A stretch of 64,000 nucleotides of DNA from Escherichia coli (GCF_044647545.1 NZ_CP172818.1), one strand, 5' to 3'. Counted from the stretch's first letter, positions 45,768-58,674 are shown. Notes: a model not told the origin generated them from the letters alone. Program-made: numbers and translations.

Positions 45768-46286
45768 ATGCGTTTTTCTCACCGACTGTTCTTACTGCTG
45801 ATTCTCCTGCTGACGGGAGCACCAATACTCGCTCAGGAACCTTCTGACGTTGCGAAAAACGTGCGTATGATGGTTTCCGGTATTGTCAGTTACACCCGCT
45901 GGCCTGCGCTATCAGGGCCACCAAAGTTATGTATCTTTTCATCTTCACATTTTAGTAACGCCCTACAAGAGAATGGCACGACATCTTTGCCTTATCTACC
46001 TGTCATCATTCACACTCAACAAGAGGCGATGATTTCAGGCTGCAATGGTTTTTATTTTGGCAACGAGTCACCGACATTCCAGATGGAATTAACCGAACAA
46101 TATCCGTCAAAGGCGTTATTATTAATTGCCGAACAAAATACCGAGTGCATTATTGGTAGCGCCTTTTGTCTAATCATCCACAATAATGACGTCAGATTTG
46201 CCGTAAACCTGGATGCCTTATCGCGTAGCGGTGTAAAGGTCAACCCGGATGTCTTAATGCTCGCACGGAAGAAAAATGATGGATAA
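45768..46286 (+). CDS. yfiR: Periplasmic repressor of diguanylate cyclase DgcN
   Basis: Track ORF 172 aa with signal peptide; overlaps dgcN start by 11 nt. Confidence 0.85.
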   Translation: MRFSHRLFLLLILLLTGAPILAQEPSDVAKNVRMMVSGIVSYTRWPALSGPPKLCIFSSSHFSNALQENGTTSLPYLPVIIHTQQEAMISGCNGFYFGNESPTFQMELTEQYPSKALLLIAEQNTECIIGSAFCLIIHNNDVRFAVNLDALSRSGVKVNPDVLMLARKKNDG

Positions 46287-47502
46287 CGATAATTCTCTTC
46301 ATAAGCGCCCCACGTTTAAAAGAGCATTACGCAACATCAGCATGACCAGCATATTTATCACTATGATGCTGATCTGGCTGCTGCTTTCCGTGACGTCAGT
46401 GCTAACCCTGAAACAGTACGCGCAAAAAAACCTGGCACTGACAGCAGCAACAATGACTTACAGTCTGGAAGCAGCTGTCGTTTTTGCCGATGGCCCTGCA
46501 GCAACTGAAACACTGGCAGCGCTGGGGCAGCAAGGCCAATTTTCAACTGCAGAAGTGCGTGATAAGCAGCAAAATATTCTGGCATCCTGGCATTACACCC
46601 ATAAGGAACCAGGCGATACTTTCAGCAATTTCATAAGCCACTGGCTCTTCCCTGCCCCCATCATTCAGCCGATTCGTCACAATGGTGAAACCATTGGCGA
46701 AGTACGCTTAACTGCTCGCGACAGTTCAATCAGCCATTTTATCTGGTTTTCGCTCGCTGTCCTGACCGGTTGTATTCTGCTGGCATCAGGCATCGCAATT
46801 ACCCTCACCCGCCATTTGCACAATGGCCTGGTTGAAGCGTTAAAAAACATCACCGATGTCGTACATGATGTGCGTTCCAACCGCAATTTTTCCCGACGAG
46901 TTTCGGAAGAACGTATCGCAGAGTTTCACCGCTTCGCTCTCGACTTCAACAGTCTGCTGGATGAAATGGAAGAGTGGCAGCTTCGTTTACAGGCCAAAAA
47001 TGCGCAGCTTCTACGTACCGCGCTACATGACCCATTAACCGGGCTGGCTAACCGCGCAGCGTTTCGTAGCGGCATCAACACGTTGATGAACAATTCCGAT
47101 GCCCGAAAAACGTCGGCGTTACTATTTCTTGATGGCGATAATTTCAAATATATCAATGATACCTGGGGTCATGCGACGGGCGATAGAGTCTTGATTGAAA
47201 TAGCAAAACGGTTAACTGAATTTGGCGGGCTGCGACATAAAGCATACCGACTGGGCGGCGATGAATTCGCTATGGTGCTCTATGATGTACAATCGGAATC
47301 TGAAGTGCAGCAGATATGCTCAGCACTGACACAAATTTTTAATCTCCCGTTTGATCTTCATAATGGCCATCAGACTACCATGACATTAAGCATTGGTTAC
47401 GCGATGACCATTGAGCACGCCTCTGCGGAAAATTTACAAGAGCTTGCCGATCACAATATGTATCAGGCCAAACACCAGCGTGCCGAAAAGCTGGTGAGAT
47501 AA
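46276..47502 (+). CDS. dgcN: Membrane diguanylate cyclase (HAMP plus GGDEF)
   Basis: Track ORF 408 aa; two TM segments, HAMP region, active-site RLGGDEF. Confidence 0.92.
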   Translation: MMDNDNSLHKRPTFKRALRNISMTSIFITMMLIWLLLSVTSVLTLKQYAQKNLALTAATMTYSLEAAVVFADGPAATETLAALGQQGQFSTAEVRDKQQNILASWHYTHKEPGDTFSNFISHWLFPAPIIQPIRHNGETIGEVRLTARDSSISHFIWFSLAVLTGCILLASGIAITLTRHLHNGLVEALKNITDVVHDVRSNRNFSRRVSEERIAEFHRFALDFNSLLDEMEEWQLRLQAKNAQLLRTALHDPLTGLANRAAFRSGINTLMNNSDARKTSALLFLDGDNFKYINDTWGHATGDRVLIEIAKRLTEFGGLRHKAYRLGGDEFAMVLYDVQSESEVQQICSALTQIFNLPFDLHNGHQTTMTLSIGYAMTIEHASAENLQELADHNMYQAKHQRAEKLVR

Positions 47503-47517
47503 CAAGGATATATCGAT

Positions 47518-48000
47518 ATGATAAAGCACCTGGTAGCACCCCTGATTTTCACCTCACTAATACTGACTGGCTGCCAGTCCCCTCAGGGAAAGTTTACTCC
47601 TGAGCAAGTCGCCGCTATGCAATCTTATGGATTTACTGAATCCGCCGGCGACTGGTCGCTGGGCTTATCAGATGCCATTCTGTTCGCAAAAAATGACTAC
47701 AAATTGCTCCCGGAAAGCCAGCAACAGATCCAAACCATGGCAGCCAAATTGGCCTCGACAGGGCTAACGCATGCCCGTATGGATGGACACACCGACAACT
47801 ATGGTGAAGACAGTTACAACGAAGCCTTATCATTGAAACGGGCGAATGTCGTGGCCGATGCATGGGCTATGGGTGGACAAATTCCGCGCAGCAATCTCAC
47901 CACACAAGGTTTAGGAAAAAAATATCCCATAGCCAGTAACAAGACCGCCCAGGGCCGCGCCGAGAACCGCCGCGTCGCAGTGGTGATTACAACCCCTTAA
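47518..48000 (+). CDS. yfiB: OmpA-family outer-membrane lipoprotein, DgcN activator
   Basis: Track ORF 160 aa; lipobox ILTGC; OmpA-like C-terminal region. Confidence 0.88.
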   Translation: MIKHLVAPLIFTSLILTGCQSPQGKFTPEQVAAMQSYGFTESAGDWSLGLSDAILFAKNDYKLLPESQQQIQTMAAKLASTGLTHARMDGHTDNYGEDSYNEALSLKRANVVADAWAMGGQIPRSNLTTQGLGKKYPIASNKTAQGRAENRRVAVVITTP

Positions 48001-48017
48001 AACACGAGCAAACAGAT

Positions 48018-48046
48018 AAAAAAAGGGCCAGCCAATTGGCCAGCCC
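48018..48046 (-). terminator. Rho-independent terminator after rplS (bidirectional with yfiB)
   Basis: GGGCCAGCC-AATT-GGCCAGCCC stem-loop preceded on plus strand by AAAAAAA (T-run on minus strand). Confidence 0.65.
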
Positions 48047-48076
48047 TTCTTAACAGGATGTCGCTTAAGCGAAATC

Positions 48077-48427
<351 letters not shown>

Positions 48428-48465
48428 TTAATCTCTTATCCTGGGTAAACTGATATCTCGGGGGC

Positions 48466-49233
48466 TTACGCCATCCCATCATGTTTATGTTGCTGTTGTG
48501 CGTGTTCCGTTTTGAACTCCGCCAGCAACCTTGCTTGCTCTTCAGTCAGAGCCAGGTTTTCCAGAAGTTCAGGTCTTCTAAGCCAGGTACGGCCCAGCGA
48601 CTGTTTCAAACGCCAGCGACGTATCTCGGCATGGTTGCCCGACAGTAACACTGGCGGAACTTCCATCCCTTCTAACACCTCAGGCCGCGTATAGTGCGGG
48701 CAATCCAGCAATCCTTCAGCAAAGGAATCTTCCGTTGCCGAGGCCTCATGTCCCAGTACTCCCGGAATAAACCGGGAAACGGAGTCAATCAGCGTCATTG
48801 CTGGTAACTCACCACCACTGAGAACGTAATCGCCGATTGACCATTCTTCGTCAATTTCGGTTTGGATCACGCGCTCATCTATACCTTCGTAGCGACCGCA
48901 CACCAGAATCAATTTTTGATTCGTTGCCAGTTCGCTGACGCCCGCTTGATCAAGCTTGCGTCCCTGTGGTGACAGATAAATCACCTTTGCGCCTTCACCC
49001 GCCGCGGCTTTTGCTGCATGAATGGCGTCCCGCAAGGGTTGCACCATCATTAACATCCCCGGTCCGCCGCCGTAAGGACGATCGTCCACGGTACGGTGCC
49101 GGTCATGCGTGAAGTCGCGAGGACTCCAGCTCTGGATGCTCAGCAGGCCATTTTTAACTGCCCGGCCAGTTACCCCGTAATCGGTAATTGCGCGGAACAT
49201 TTCAGGAAACAGGCTAATTATGCCAATCCACAT
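48466..49233 (-). CDS. trmD: tRNA (guanine37-N1)-methyltransferase
   Basis: Track ORF 255 aa. Confidence 0.95.
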
Positions 49234-49263
49234 AGCGCCGTCTTTTACCGTTTATCCGGTGGT

Positions 49264-49812
49264 TTAAAAACCAGGATCCCAATCTACTTCGATTGAACGA
49301 GTAGTGAGATCGACTTTCTTGATAACCTGCCCATCGAGGAACGGTACGAGACGTTCCTTGATACCAAACGCATCTTTCAGGTTTGCCTTAATGACGAGAA
49401 CGTCATTAGATCCGGTTTCCATCATATCGACGACTTTACCGAGATCGTAGCCTTCAGTGGTTACTACCTGGCAGCCCATCAGGTCTTTCCAGTAGTAGTC
49501 ACCCTCTTCAAGCTGAGGCAACTGCGATGAATCCACGACAATTTCACAATTCGTCAGCAGGTTCGCCGCATCACGATCGTCAACGCCTTTCAGCTTGATG
49601 ATCATGTCCTGATTGTGGTGCTTCCAGCTTTCCAGCTGGACTTGCTGCCACTGACCCGCCTTCTGGATAAACCAGGGCTGATAGTCAAAAATGCTTTCGG
49701 CGTCTTCGGTGGAAGAAAACACTCTGAGCCACCCACGAATACCGTAAGACGAACCCATTTTTCCCAAAACGATGGGATCAACAGGTGCTTGCGCGGTGAG
49801 TTGTTTGCTCAT
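49264..49812 (-). CDS. rimM: Ribosome maturation factor RimM
   Basis: Track ORF 49264..49821; product starting [28 protein letters not shown] gives 182 aa. Confidence 0.92.
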
Positions 49813-49830
49813 CATGACCACCGTGACAGA

Positions 49831-50157
<327 letters not shown>

Positions 50158-50213
50158 TTACTGATTTCTGGAGAAAATGCAATCAGCAGTTAATAACTCT
50201 GTCGCATAAGGTT

Positions 50214-51575
50214 TTAGCGACCAGGAAATCCCGGCGGCATCATCCCCTTCATGCTTCTCATCATCTTCGCCATTCCGCCCTTCTTCATTTTCTTCATCAT
50301 GCGCTGCATGTCGTCGAACTGTTTCAGAAGACGGTTAACGTCCTGCACCTGCATACCGCAACCGGCGGCGATACGACGCTTACGCGAACCTTTGATGATT
50401 TCTGGCTTAGCGCGCTCTTTCATCGTCATCGAGTTGATGATGGCTTCCATACGCACCAGCACTTTATCGTCCATCTGCGACTTGACGTTATCCGGGATCT
50501 GCCCCATGCCCGGCAGTTTGCCCATCAGGCTGGCCATGCCGCCCATATTTTTCATCTGGCGCAGTTGCTCAAGGAAGTCATTGAGATCGAAGCCGTCGCC
50601 TTTTTTCAGCTTGCTGGCTAATTTCTCAGCTTGCGCGCGGTCAACTTTGCTTTCGATATCTTCGATCAGCGACAGTACGTCGCCCATGCCGAGAATACGG
50701 GAAGCGATGCGGTCCGGATGGAACGGCTCCAGCGCCTCGGTTTTCTCGCCAACACCGAGGAACTTGATCGGTTTGCCAGTGATGTGACGAATAGAGAGCG
50801 CCGCACCGCCACGAGCATCGCCGTCGACTTTAGTCAGTACCACACCGGTCAGCGGTAACGCTTCATTGAATGCTTTTGCCGTATTGGCCGCATCCTGACC
50901 AGTCATGGCATCAACCACAAACAGGGTTTCAACCGGATTAATCGACGCATGGACTTGTTTGATCTCGTCCATCATCGCTTCGTCAACGTGCAGACGACCG
51001 GCGGTATCCACCAGCAGCACGTCGTAGAATTTCAGTTTGGCTTCTTTCAGCGCCGCGTTAACGATATCTACCGGCTTCTGACCAACATCAGAAGGGAAGA
51101 AATCAACGCCCACCTGCTCTGCCAGCGTCTCAAGCTGTTTGATTGCCGCCGGACGATAAACGTCGGCAGAAACCACCAGCACTTTCTTCTTGTGCTTCTC
51201 GCGCAGGAACTTACCGAGTTTACCAACGCTGGTTGTTTTACCGGCACCTTGCAGGCCCGCCATCAGCACGACCGCAGGCGGTTGCGCAGCCAGGTTCAGG
51301 GTCTGGTTCTCTTCGCCCATCGCCGCAACCAGTTCGTTACGGACAATTTTGACGAACTCCTGCCCCGGCGTCAGGCTCTTATTAACTTCATGACCAACCG
51401 CTTTCTCTTTTACGCGATTGATAAACTCACGCACTACCGGCAGGGCGACGTCCGCCTCCAGCAGCGCCATGCGCACTTCGCGCAGCGTATCTTTTACGTT
51501 GTCTTCAGTGAGGCGTCCACGGCCACTGATATTGCGCAGCGTGCGCGACAAACGATCGGTTAAATTATCAAACAT
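50214..51575 (-). CDS. ffh: Signal recognition particle protein Ffh
   Basis: Track ORF 453 aa; GTPase motifs GLQGAGKTT and DTAGR; Met-rich C-terminal M domain. Confidence 0.95.
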   Translation of the reverse strand: MFDNLTDRLSRTLRNISGRGRLTEDNVKDTLREVRMALLEADVALPVVREFINRVKEKAVGHEVNKSLTPGQEFVKIVRNELVAAMGEENQTLNLAAQPPAVVLMAGLQGAGKTTSVGKLGKFLREKHKKKVLVVSADVYRPAAIKQLETLAEQVGVDFFPSDVGQKPVDIVNAALKEAKLKFYDVLLVDTAGRLHVDEAMMDEIKQVHASINPVETLFVVDAMTGQDAANTAKAFNEALPLTGVVLTKVDGDARGGAALSIRHITGKPIKFLGVGEKTEALEPFHPDRIASRILGMGDVLSLIEDIESKVDRAQAEKLASKLKKGDGFDLNDFLEQLRQMKNMGGMASLMGKLPGMGQIPDNVKSQMDDKVLVRMEAIINSMTMKERAKPEIIKGSRKRRIAAGCGMQVQDVNRLLKQFDDMQRMMKKMKKGGMAKMMRSMKGMMPPGFPGR

Positions 51576-51741
51576 TGTCTCTCGCCTGGGGTGGAAACGG
51601 TTGGCCGCAATCGCGACACATCATCAGTATTTTGCCGCAGTATAACATGAAGGCGTCTTTGTTGTTATGCAACGGTTGGAGCAGCGTTCACCTGACGCTA
51701 TACTGCTTCTCTTTCTTATTGCTCAAACTGTCGACATTACT

Positions 51742-52533
51742 ATGCCCGTTTTTGCTCTGCTCGCGCTTGTCGCCTACTCCGTCAGTCTTGCGCTGATTGT
51801 ACCCGGTCTGCTGCAAAAAAACGGCGGCTGGCGGCGCATGGCTATTATTTCTGCGGTCATTGCGCTGGTCTGCCACGCAATCGCTCTGGAAGCCCGCATC
51901 CTGCCCGACGGTGATAGCGGACAAAACCTCAGCCTGCTGAACGTTGGTTCATTGGTCAGTTTGATGATCTGTACGGTAATGACCATTGTGGCTTCTCGCA
52001 ATCGTGGCTGGTTGCTGCTACCCATTGTCTATGCCTTTGCGCTTATCAACCTGGCGCTGGCGACCTTCATGCCCAATGAATACATAACCCATCTGGAAGC
52101 AACGCCTGGGATGCTGGTGCACATTGGCTTATCGCTCTTTTCCTATGCCACGCTAATTATCGCCGCCCTGTACGCGCTGCAACTGGCGTGGATTGATTAC
52201 CAACTGAAGAACAAGAAACTAGCGTTTAACCAGGAAATGCCGCCATTGATGAGTATCGAGCGTAAAATGTTCCACATCACGCAGATTGGCGTGGTGCTGC
52301 TAACGCTCACGCTTTGCACTGGCCTGTTCTACATGCACAACTTATTTAGCATGGAAAATATCGACAAGGCCGTGCTCTCTATCGTGGCGTGGTTTGTCTA
52401 TATTGTGCTGCTGTGGGGACATTATCATGAAGGATGGCGTGGACGCCGCGTCGTCTGGTTTAACGTTGCGGGTGCAGTCATTCTGACACTGGCCTACTTC
52501 GGCAGCCGAATTGTCCAGCAGTTAATCAGCTAA
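51742..52533 (+). CDS. ypjD: Inner membrane protein, cytochrome c assembly (CcmC/CcsA-like) family
   Basis: Track ORF 51667..52533; internal Met at 51742 gives 263 aa; polytopic membrane sequence. Confidence 0.7.
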   Translation: MPVFALLALVAYSVSLALIVPGLLQKNGGWRRMAIISAVIALVCHAIALEARILPDGDSGQNLSLLNVGSLVSLMICTVMTIVASRNRGWLLLPIVYAFALINLALATFMPNEYITHLEATPGMLVHIGLSLFSYATLIIAALYALQLAWIDYQLKNKKLAFNQEMPPLMSIERKMFHITQIGVVLLTLTLCTGLFYMHNLFSMENIDKAVLSIVAWFVYIVLLWGHYHEGWRGRRVVWFNVAGAVILTLAYFGSRIVQQLIS

Positions 52534-52577
52534 ACCCAGAAAAGGAGTTTCCCCTGGAACACATTTCTACTACTACG

Positions 52578-53840
52578 TTGATCATTATTCTGATCATCAT
52601 GGTGGTCATTTCAGCCTATTTTTCCGGGTCCGAAACCGGAATGATGACCCTCAACCGCTATCGTCTGCGACATATGGCGAAACAGGGTAATCGCTCGGCC
52701 AAACGCGTCGAAAAATTGCTGCGTAAGCCAGACCGCCTGATTAGCCTGGTGTTAATCGGCAATAACCTGGTCAATATTCTTGCCTCCGCGCTCGGCACTA
52801 TTGTTGGGATGCGTTTGTACGGCGATGCGGGCGTGGCAATTGCGACTGGTGTGCTGACTTTTGTCGTACTGGTTTTTGCTGAGGTATTGCCGAAAACCAT
52901 TGCCGCGCTGTACCCGGAAAAAGTCGCTTATCCGAGTAGTTTTCTGCTGGCTCCGCTGCAAATTTTGATGATGCCGCTGGTCTGGTTGCTGAATGCTATT
53001 ACCCGCATGTTAATGCGCATGATGGGCATCAAAACCGATATCGTGGTTAGCGGCTCTTTGAGCAAAGAAGAGTTGCGCACCATCGTGCACGAATCGCGCT
53101 CACAAATTTCCCGTCGCAATCAGGATATGCTGCTGTCGGTGCTCGATCTGGAAAAAATGACCGTTGATGACATCATGGTGCCGCGCAGTGAAATTATCGG
53201 TATTGATATCAACGATGACTGGAAATCGATTCTGCGCCAACTCTCCCACTCACCTCACGGGCGCATCGTGCTCTACCGTGATTCGCTGGACGACGCCATC
53301 AGTATGCTGCGTGTGCGTGAAGCCTGGCGACTCATGTCGGAGAAAAAAGAGTTCACCAAAGAAACCATGCTACGCGCCGCGGACGAGATCTATTTTGTCC
53401 CGGAAGGTACGCCGCTCAGCACGCAGTTGGTGAAGTTTCAGCGCAACAAAAAGAAAGTCGGCCTGGTCGTCAACGAGTATGGAGACATTCAGGGGCTGGT
53501 GACGGTTGAAGATATTCTGGAAGAGATTGTCGGCGATTTCACTACCTCGATGTCGCCAACACTTGCCGAAGAGGTCACGCCGCAAAACGACGGTTCGGTG
53601 ATTATCGATGGCACCGCCAACGTGCGAGAAATCAACAAAGCCTTTAACTGGCATCTACCTGAAGACGATGCCCGCACGGTTAATGGCGTCATTCTTGAAG
53701 CTCTGGAAGAGATCCCTGTCGCTGGCACCCGCGTGCGTATTGGCGAGTACGATATCGATATTCTCGACGTACAGGATAATATGATTAAGCAGGTAAAAGT
53801 TTTTCCTGTGAAACCGCTGCGCGAGAGTGTGGCGGAGTAA
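52578..53840 (+). CDS. yfjD: CNNM/CorC-family membrane protein (DUF21, CBS pair, CorC domains)
   Basis: Track ORF 420 aa beginning at a TTG codon; true start may differ slightly. Confidence 0.8.
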   Translation: MIIILIIMVVISAYFSGSETGMMTLNRYRLRHMAKQGNRSAKRVEKLLRKPDRLISLVLIGNNLVNILASALGTIVGMRLYGDAGVAIATGVLTFVVLVFAEVLPKTIAALYPEKVAYPSSFLLAPLQILMMPLVWLLNAITRMLMRMMGIKTDIVVSGSLSKEELRTIVHESRSQISRRNQDMLLSVLDLEKMTVDDIMVPRSEIIGIDINDDWKSILRQLSHSPHGRIVLYRDSLDDAISMLRVREAWRLMSEKKEFTKETMLRAADEIYFVPEGTPLSTQLVKFQRNKKKVGLVVNEYGDIQGLVTVEDILEEIVGDFTTSMSPTLAEEVTPQNDGSVIIDGTANVREINKAFNWHLPEDDARTVNGVILEALEEIPVAGTRVRIGEYDIDILDVQDNMIKQVKVFPVKPLRESVAE

Positions 53841-53876
53841 AAAAACGGCCCGGCATTCGCATGCTGGGCCGTGATT
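53841..53876. terminator. Bidirectional terminator between yfjD and grpE
   Basis: Stem ACGGCCCGG / CTGGGCCGT (one G-U pair), A-run on plus side gives a T-run on the minus strand. Confidence 0.6.
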
Positions 53877-53893
53877 TATTACGAAAGCAGAAA

Positions 53894-54520
<627 letters not shown>

Positions 54521-54533
54521 CTAACTTCGCTTA

Positions 54534-54561
54534 TTATGGGGATCAGTTTCAGGGTTTCAAG
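54534..54561 (-). promoter_or_regulatory. Sigma-32 (heat-shock) promoter for grpE
   Basis: Minus strand CTTGAAA, 13-nt spacer, CCCCATAA; near-perfect sigma-32 consensus. Confidence 0.7.
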
Positions 54562-54609
54562 GGAAGCACTCACATTGTCATCAATCTTCGCAACAAGGAC
54601 CTCGGAAAA

Positions 54610-55488
54610 ATGAATAATCATTTCAAGTGTATTGGCATTGTGGGACACCCACGGCACCCCACTGCACTGACAACACATGAAATGCTCTACCGCTGGCTGT
54701 GCGCAAAAGGTTACGAGGTCATCGTTGAGCAACAAATCGCTCACGAACTGCAACTGAAGAATGTGAAAACTGGCACGCTCGCGGAGATTGGGCAACTGGC
54801 AGATCTCGCGGTAGTTGTTGGTGGCGACGGTAATATGCTGGGCGCGGCGCGCACGCTCGCCCGCTACGATATTAAAGTTATTGGAATCAACCGTGGCAAC
54901 CTGGGTTTCCTGACTGACCTTGATCCCGATAACGCCCAGCAACAATTAGCCGATGTGCTGGAAGGCCACTACATCAGCGAGAAACGTTTTTTGCTGGAAG
55001 CGCAAGTCTGTCAGCAAGATTGCCAGAAACGCATCAGCACGGCGATTAACGAAGTGGTACTTCATCCTGGCAAAGTGGCGCATATGATTGAGTTCGAAGT
55101 GTATATCGACGAGATCTTTGCGTTTTCGCAGCGTTCCGATGGACTGATTATTTCGACGCCAACAGGCTCCACCGCCTATTCCCTCTCTGCGGGCGGTCCT
55201 ATTCTGACACCCTCTCTGGATGCGATTACCCTGGTGCCCATGTTCCCGCATACGTTGTCAGCACGACCACTGGTCATAAACAGCAGCAGCACGATCCGTC
55301 TGCGTTTTTCGCATCGCCGTAACGACCTGGAAATCAGTTGCGACAGCCAGATAGCACTGCCGATTCAGGAAGGTGAAGATGTCCTGATTCGTCGCTGTGA
55401 TTACCATCTGAATCTTATTCATCCGAAAGATTACAGTTATTTCAATACATTAAGCACCAAGCTCGGCTGGTCAAAAAAATTATTCTAA
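54610..55488 (+). CDS. nadK: NAD kinase
   Basis: Track ORF 292 aa; GGDGN motif. Confidence 0.95.
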   Translation: MNNHFKCIGIVGHPRHPTALTTHEMLYRWLCAKGYEVIVEQQIAHELQLKNVKTGTLAEIGQLADLAVVVGGDGNMLGAARTLARYDIKVIGINRGNLGFLTDLDPDNAQQQLADVLEGHYISEKRFLLEAQVCQQDCQKRISTAINEVVLHPGKVAHMIEFEVYIDEIFAFSQRSDGLIISTPTGSTAYSLSAGGPILTPSLDAITLVPMFPHTLSARPLVINSSSTIRLRFSHRRNDLEISCDSQIALPIQEGEDVLIRRCDYHLNLIHPKDYSYFNTLSTKLGWSKKLF

Positions 55489-55505
55489 TTTTACGCCAGC
55501 CTCTT

Positions 55506-55525
55506 TACTGTATATAAAACCAGTT
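55506..55525 (+). promoter_or_regulatory. LexA (SOS) box 1 upstream of recN
   Basis: TACTGTATATAAAACCAGTT, CTG-N10-CAG. Confidence 0.65.
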
Positions 55526-55527
55526 TA

Positions 55528-55547
55528 TACTGTACACAATAACAGTA
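55528..55547 (+). promoter_or_regulatory. LexA (SOS) box 2 upstream of recN
   Basis: TACTGTACACAATAACAGTA, CTG-N10-CAG; a weaker third half-site follows at about 55548..55563. Confidence 0.65.
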
Positions 55548-55573
55548 ATGGTTTTTCATACAGGAAAACAACT

Positions 55574-57235
55574 ATGTTGGCACAACTGACCATCAGCAAC
55601 TTTGCTATCGTTCGTGAGCTTGAGATTGATTTTCATAGCGGCATGACCGTAATAACTGGCGAGACCGGCGCGGGTAAATCTATTGCAATAGATGCCCTCT
55701 GTCTTTGTCTCGGTGGTCGCGCTGAAGCCGACATGGTGCGTACCGGCGCTGCTCGCGCTGACCTGTGCGCCCGTTTTTCTCTGAAAGATACGCCAGCGGC
55801 CCTGCGCTGGCTGGAAGAAAACCAGCTTGAAGACGGGCATGAATGTTTGCTTCGTCGCGTAATCAGCAGCGATGGTCGCTCCCGTGGTTTTATCAACGGT
55901 ACAGCGGTTCCTCTTTCACAACTGCGCGAACTGGGTCAGTTGCTGATTCAGATCCATGGTCAGCACGCTCATCAGTTACTCACCAAACCCGAGCACCAAA
56001 AATTCCTGCTTGATGGCTATGCCAATGAAACCTCTCTACTCCAGGAAATGACCGCACGTTATCAGTTGTGGCATCAAAGCTGCCGTGACCTCGCGCATCA
56101 TCAACAGTTAAGTCAGGAACGCGCCGCCCGTGCAGAACTGCTGCAATACCAATTAAAAGAACTTAACGAATTTAATCCGCAGCCCGGAGAGTTTGAGCAA
56201 ATCGACGAAGAGTACAAACGTCTGGCGAACAGCGGTCAATTGCTGACTACTAGCCAGAATGCATTGGCAGTAATGGCCGACGGTGAAGACGCAAACCTGC
56301 AAAGTCAGCTTTACACGGCTAAACAACTGGTGAGCGAATTGATTGGCATGGACAGCAAACTGTCCGGCGTACTTGATATGCTGGAAGAAGCTACCATCCA
56401 GATTGCTGAAGCCAGCGATGAACTGCGCCACTACTGCGATCGTCTGGATCTCGATCCCAACCGACTGTTTGAACTTGAACAGCGCATCTCAAGACAGATT
56501 TCGCTGGCACGTAAACATCACGTCAGCCCTGAGGCATTGCCACAGTATTACCAGTCGCTACTGGAAGAACAGCAGCAACTGGACGATCAGGCCGACTCAC
56601 AAGAAACGCTCGCGCTGGCGGTAACGAAACATCATCAGCAGGCACTGGAAACGGCGCGCGCGTTACACCAGCAACGCCAGCACTATGCAGAAGAACTTGC
56701 ACAGCTGATCACCGACAGTATGCATGCACTCTCTATGCCGCATGGGCAGTTTACGATCGATGTTAAATTTGACGAGCATCACCTGGGCGCTGACGGCGCT
56801 GATCGTATTGAGTTTCGGGTAACCACCAACCCAGGTCAGCCAATGCAGCCTATTGCCAAAGTCGCATCCGGTGGTGAGTTGTCCCGCATCGCATTGGCAA
56901 TTCAGGTCATCACGGCGCGTAAAATGGAAACCCCGGCACTGATTTTTGATGAAGTGGATGTAGGGATTAGCGGCCCAACAGCGGCAGTTGTCGGCAAACT
57001 GCTGCGTCAACTTGGCGAATCAACTCAGGTGATGTGTGTTACCCACCTGCCACAAGTCGCGGGATGTGGTCATCAACACTATTTTGTCAGCAAAGAAACC
57101 GATGGTGCGATGACAGAAACGCACATGCAATCCCTGGATAAAAAAGCGCGGTTACAAGAGCTGGCACGCCTGCTTGGTGGCAGTGAAGTCACACGTAACA
57201 CACTGGCGAATGCGAAAGAACTACTTGCGGCGTAA
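55574..57235 (+). CDS. recN: DNA repair protein RecN (SMC-like ATPase)
   Basis: Track ORF 553 aa; Walker A GETGAGKS. Confidence 0.95.
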   Translation: MLAQLTISNFAIVRELEIDFHSGMTVITGETGAGKSIAIDALCLCLGGRAEADMVRTGAARADLCARFSLKDTPAALRWLEENQLEDGHECLLRRVISSDGRSRGFINGTAVPLSQLRELGQLLIQIHGQHAHQLLTKPEHQKFLLDGYANETSLLQEMTARYQLWHQSCRDLAHHQQLSQERAARAELLQYQLKELNEFNPQPGEFEQIDEEYKRLANSGQLLTTSQNALAVMADGEDANLQSQLYTAKQLVSELIGMDSKLSGVLDMLEEATIQIAEASDELRHYCDRLDLDPNRLFELEQRISRQISLARKHHVSPEALPQYYQSLLEEQQQLDDQADSQETLALAVTKHHQQALETARALHQQRQHYAEELAQLITDSMHALSMPHGQFTIDVKFDEHHLGADGADRIEFRVTTNPGQPMQPIAKVASGGELSRIALAIQVITARKMETPALIFDEVDVGISGPTAAVVGKLLRQLGESTQVMCVTHLPQVAGCGHQHYFVSKETDGAMTETHMQSLDKKARLQELARLLGGSEVTRNTLANAKELLAA

Positions 57236-57383
57236 ACTTTTTTCCTGCTTCACGGTCAGAGTAAACAGCAAAACGCCGTAGGACCGGAAAGCAAAAGGTT
57301 TTAAAGTGATGAAAGGTCTATTATCATCGGCATATTACAGATGAGCCACGTACTGCTCGGGCCCGAAAAGGAATCAAATCACT

Positions 57384-57725
57384 ATGCGCTGTAAAACGCT
57401 GACTGCTGCAGCAGCAGTACTATTGATGTTGACCGCAGGCTGTTCCACTCTGGAGCGAGTGGTTTACCGTCCTGACATCAACCAGGGGAATTATCTGACC
57501 GCTAACGACGTATCCAAAATACGTGTTGGCATGACGCAACAACAAGTTGCGTACGCATTGGGTACACCGCTGATGTCCGACCCATTTGGTACAAATACCT
57601 GGTTCTATGTCTTCCGCCAGCAACCTGGTCATGAAGGTGTAACGCAGCAAACGCTGACGCTGACCTTTAACAGTAGCGGTGTGTTGACCAACATTGATAA
57701 CAAACCTGCGCTGAGTGGTAACTAA
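57384..57725 (+). CDS. bamE: Outer membrane protein assembly factor BamE (lipoprotein)
   Basis: Track ORF 113 aa; lipobox LTAGCS. Confidence 0.92.
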
Positions 57726-57750
57726 TAATAAAGTTGCTCTCAAAGAGGTT

Positions 57751-57779
57751 AAAAAAGGTGCTCAATGAGCACCTTTTTT
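57751..57779. terminator. Bidirectional terminator between bamE and ratB
   Basis: Stem GGTGCTC / GAGCACC with 3-nt loop flanked by AAAAAA and TTTTTT. Confidence 0.7.
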
Positions 57780-57786
57780 CTGTCTG

Positions 57787-58077
57787 TTATTTATTCGCTG
57801 ATTTTTCTGCTCGTTGCCTGCGAAGCTCTTTCGGATCGGCAATGAGAGGACGATAAATCTCCACCCGATCGCCATCATGCACCGTATCGCTCAGTTTGGC
57901 CGGACGGCTGTAAATGCCGACTTTGTTTTTAGTTAAATCGATATCGGTACGCAATTCCAGCAAGCCACTGGCACGAATAGCTTCTTCAACCGTCGCACCC
58001 TCCTGCAGCGTCACGCGCTGCAGGTACTGCTTCTCAGGTAGCGCATAAGCCACCTCAACGGCAATTTTACCTGGCAC
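57787..58077 (-). CDS. ratB: Small protein RatB (ubiquitin-like fold family)
   Basis: Track ORF 57787..58161; internal Met at 58077 gives 96 aa; 11-bp overlap with ratA. Confidence 0.7.
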
Positions 58078-58543
58078 TGTAAACCTCTTTCGCACGAACC
58101 GTAAAAGCCTGGACCATATTAGCCGCCAGCTCTTTAAACACGCGACCAAAGGCGAGTTCAATCAACTTATTGGTAAACTCAAAGTCGAGATGAAACTCGA
58201 TACGACACGCCTCCTGGCTCAGCGGCGTAAACTTCCATCCACCGATCAATTTCTTGAACGGCCCATCCACCAGATTCATAAGAATACTTTGGTTACTGGT
58301 CAACTGGTTGCGGGTAGTAAACGTTTTGCTGATCCCAGCCTTAGAGACATCTACCGCCGCAGTCATCTGCCCAGGAGTGGACTCCAGAATCCGACTTCCG
58401 GTACAACCCGGCAAAAACTGAGGATAAGACTGAACGTCATTCACTAACTGATACATTTGCTCCGCGCTGTAGGGTACCAGTGCGGTCCGGCTAATCTGAG
58501 GCATAACAATTTCCATCAACAAAAATCCAACAAATAATATCAT
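58067..58543 (-). CDS. ratA: Ribosome association toxin RatA (SRPBCC fold)
   Basis: Track ORF 158 aa; start could instead be the internal MPQISRT Met. Confidence 0.8.
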
Positions 58544-58674
58544 TTATCCTGCTGTAAAAAAAACGCTATCCCGGCGCTGGGTAACATCGGGTTCATGCTA
58601 AGATAGAGCCTTGTCCCCCGCAGGATTGATATGGGGTGTTTTCGATTTCAGATTACCGATGATTCACGACGCTT

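Noticed and set aside
50949-51563. 204-aa plus-strand ORF antisense to ffh
   Set aside because: Antisense to conserved SRP GTPase; shadow ORF.
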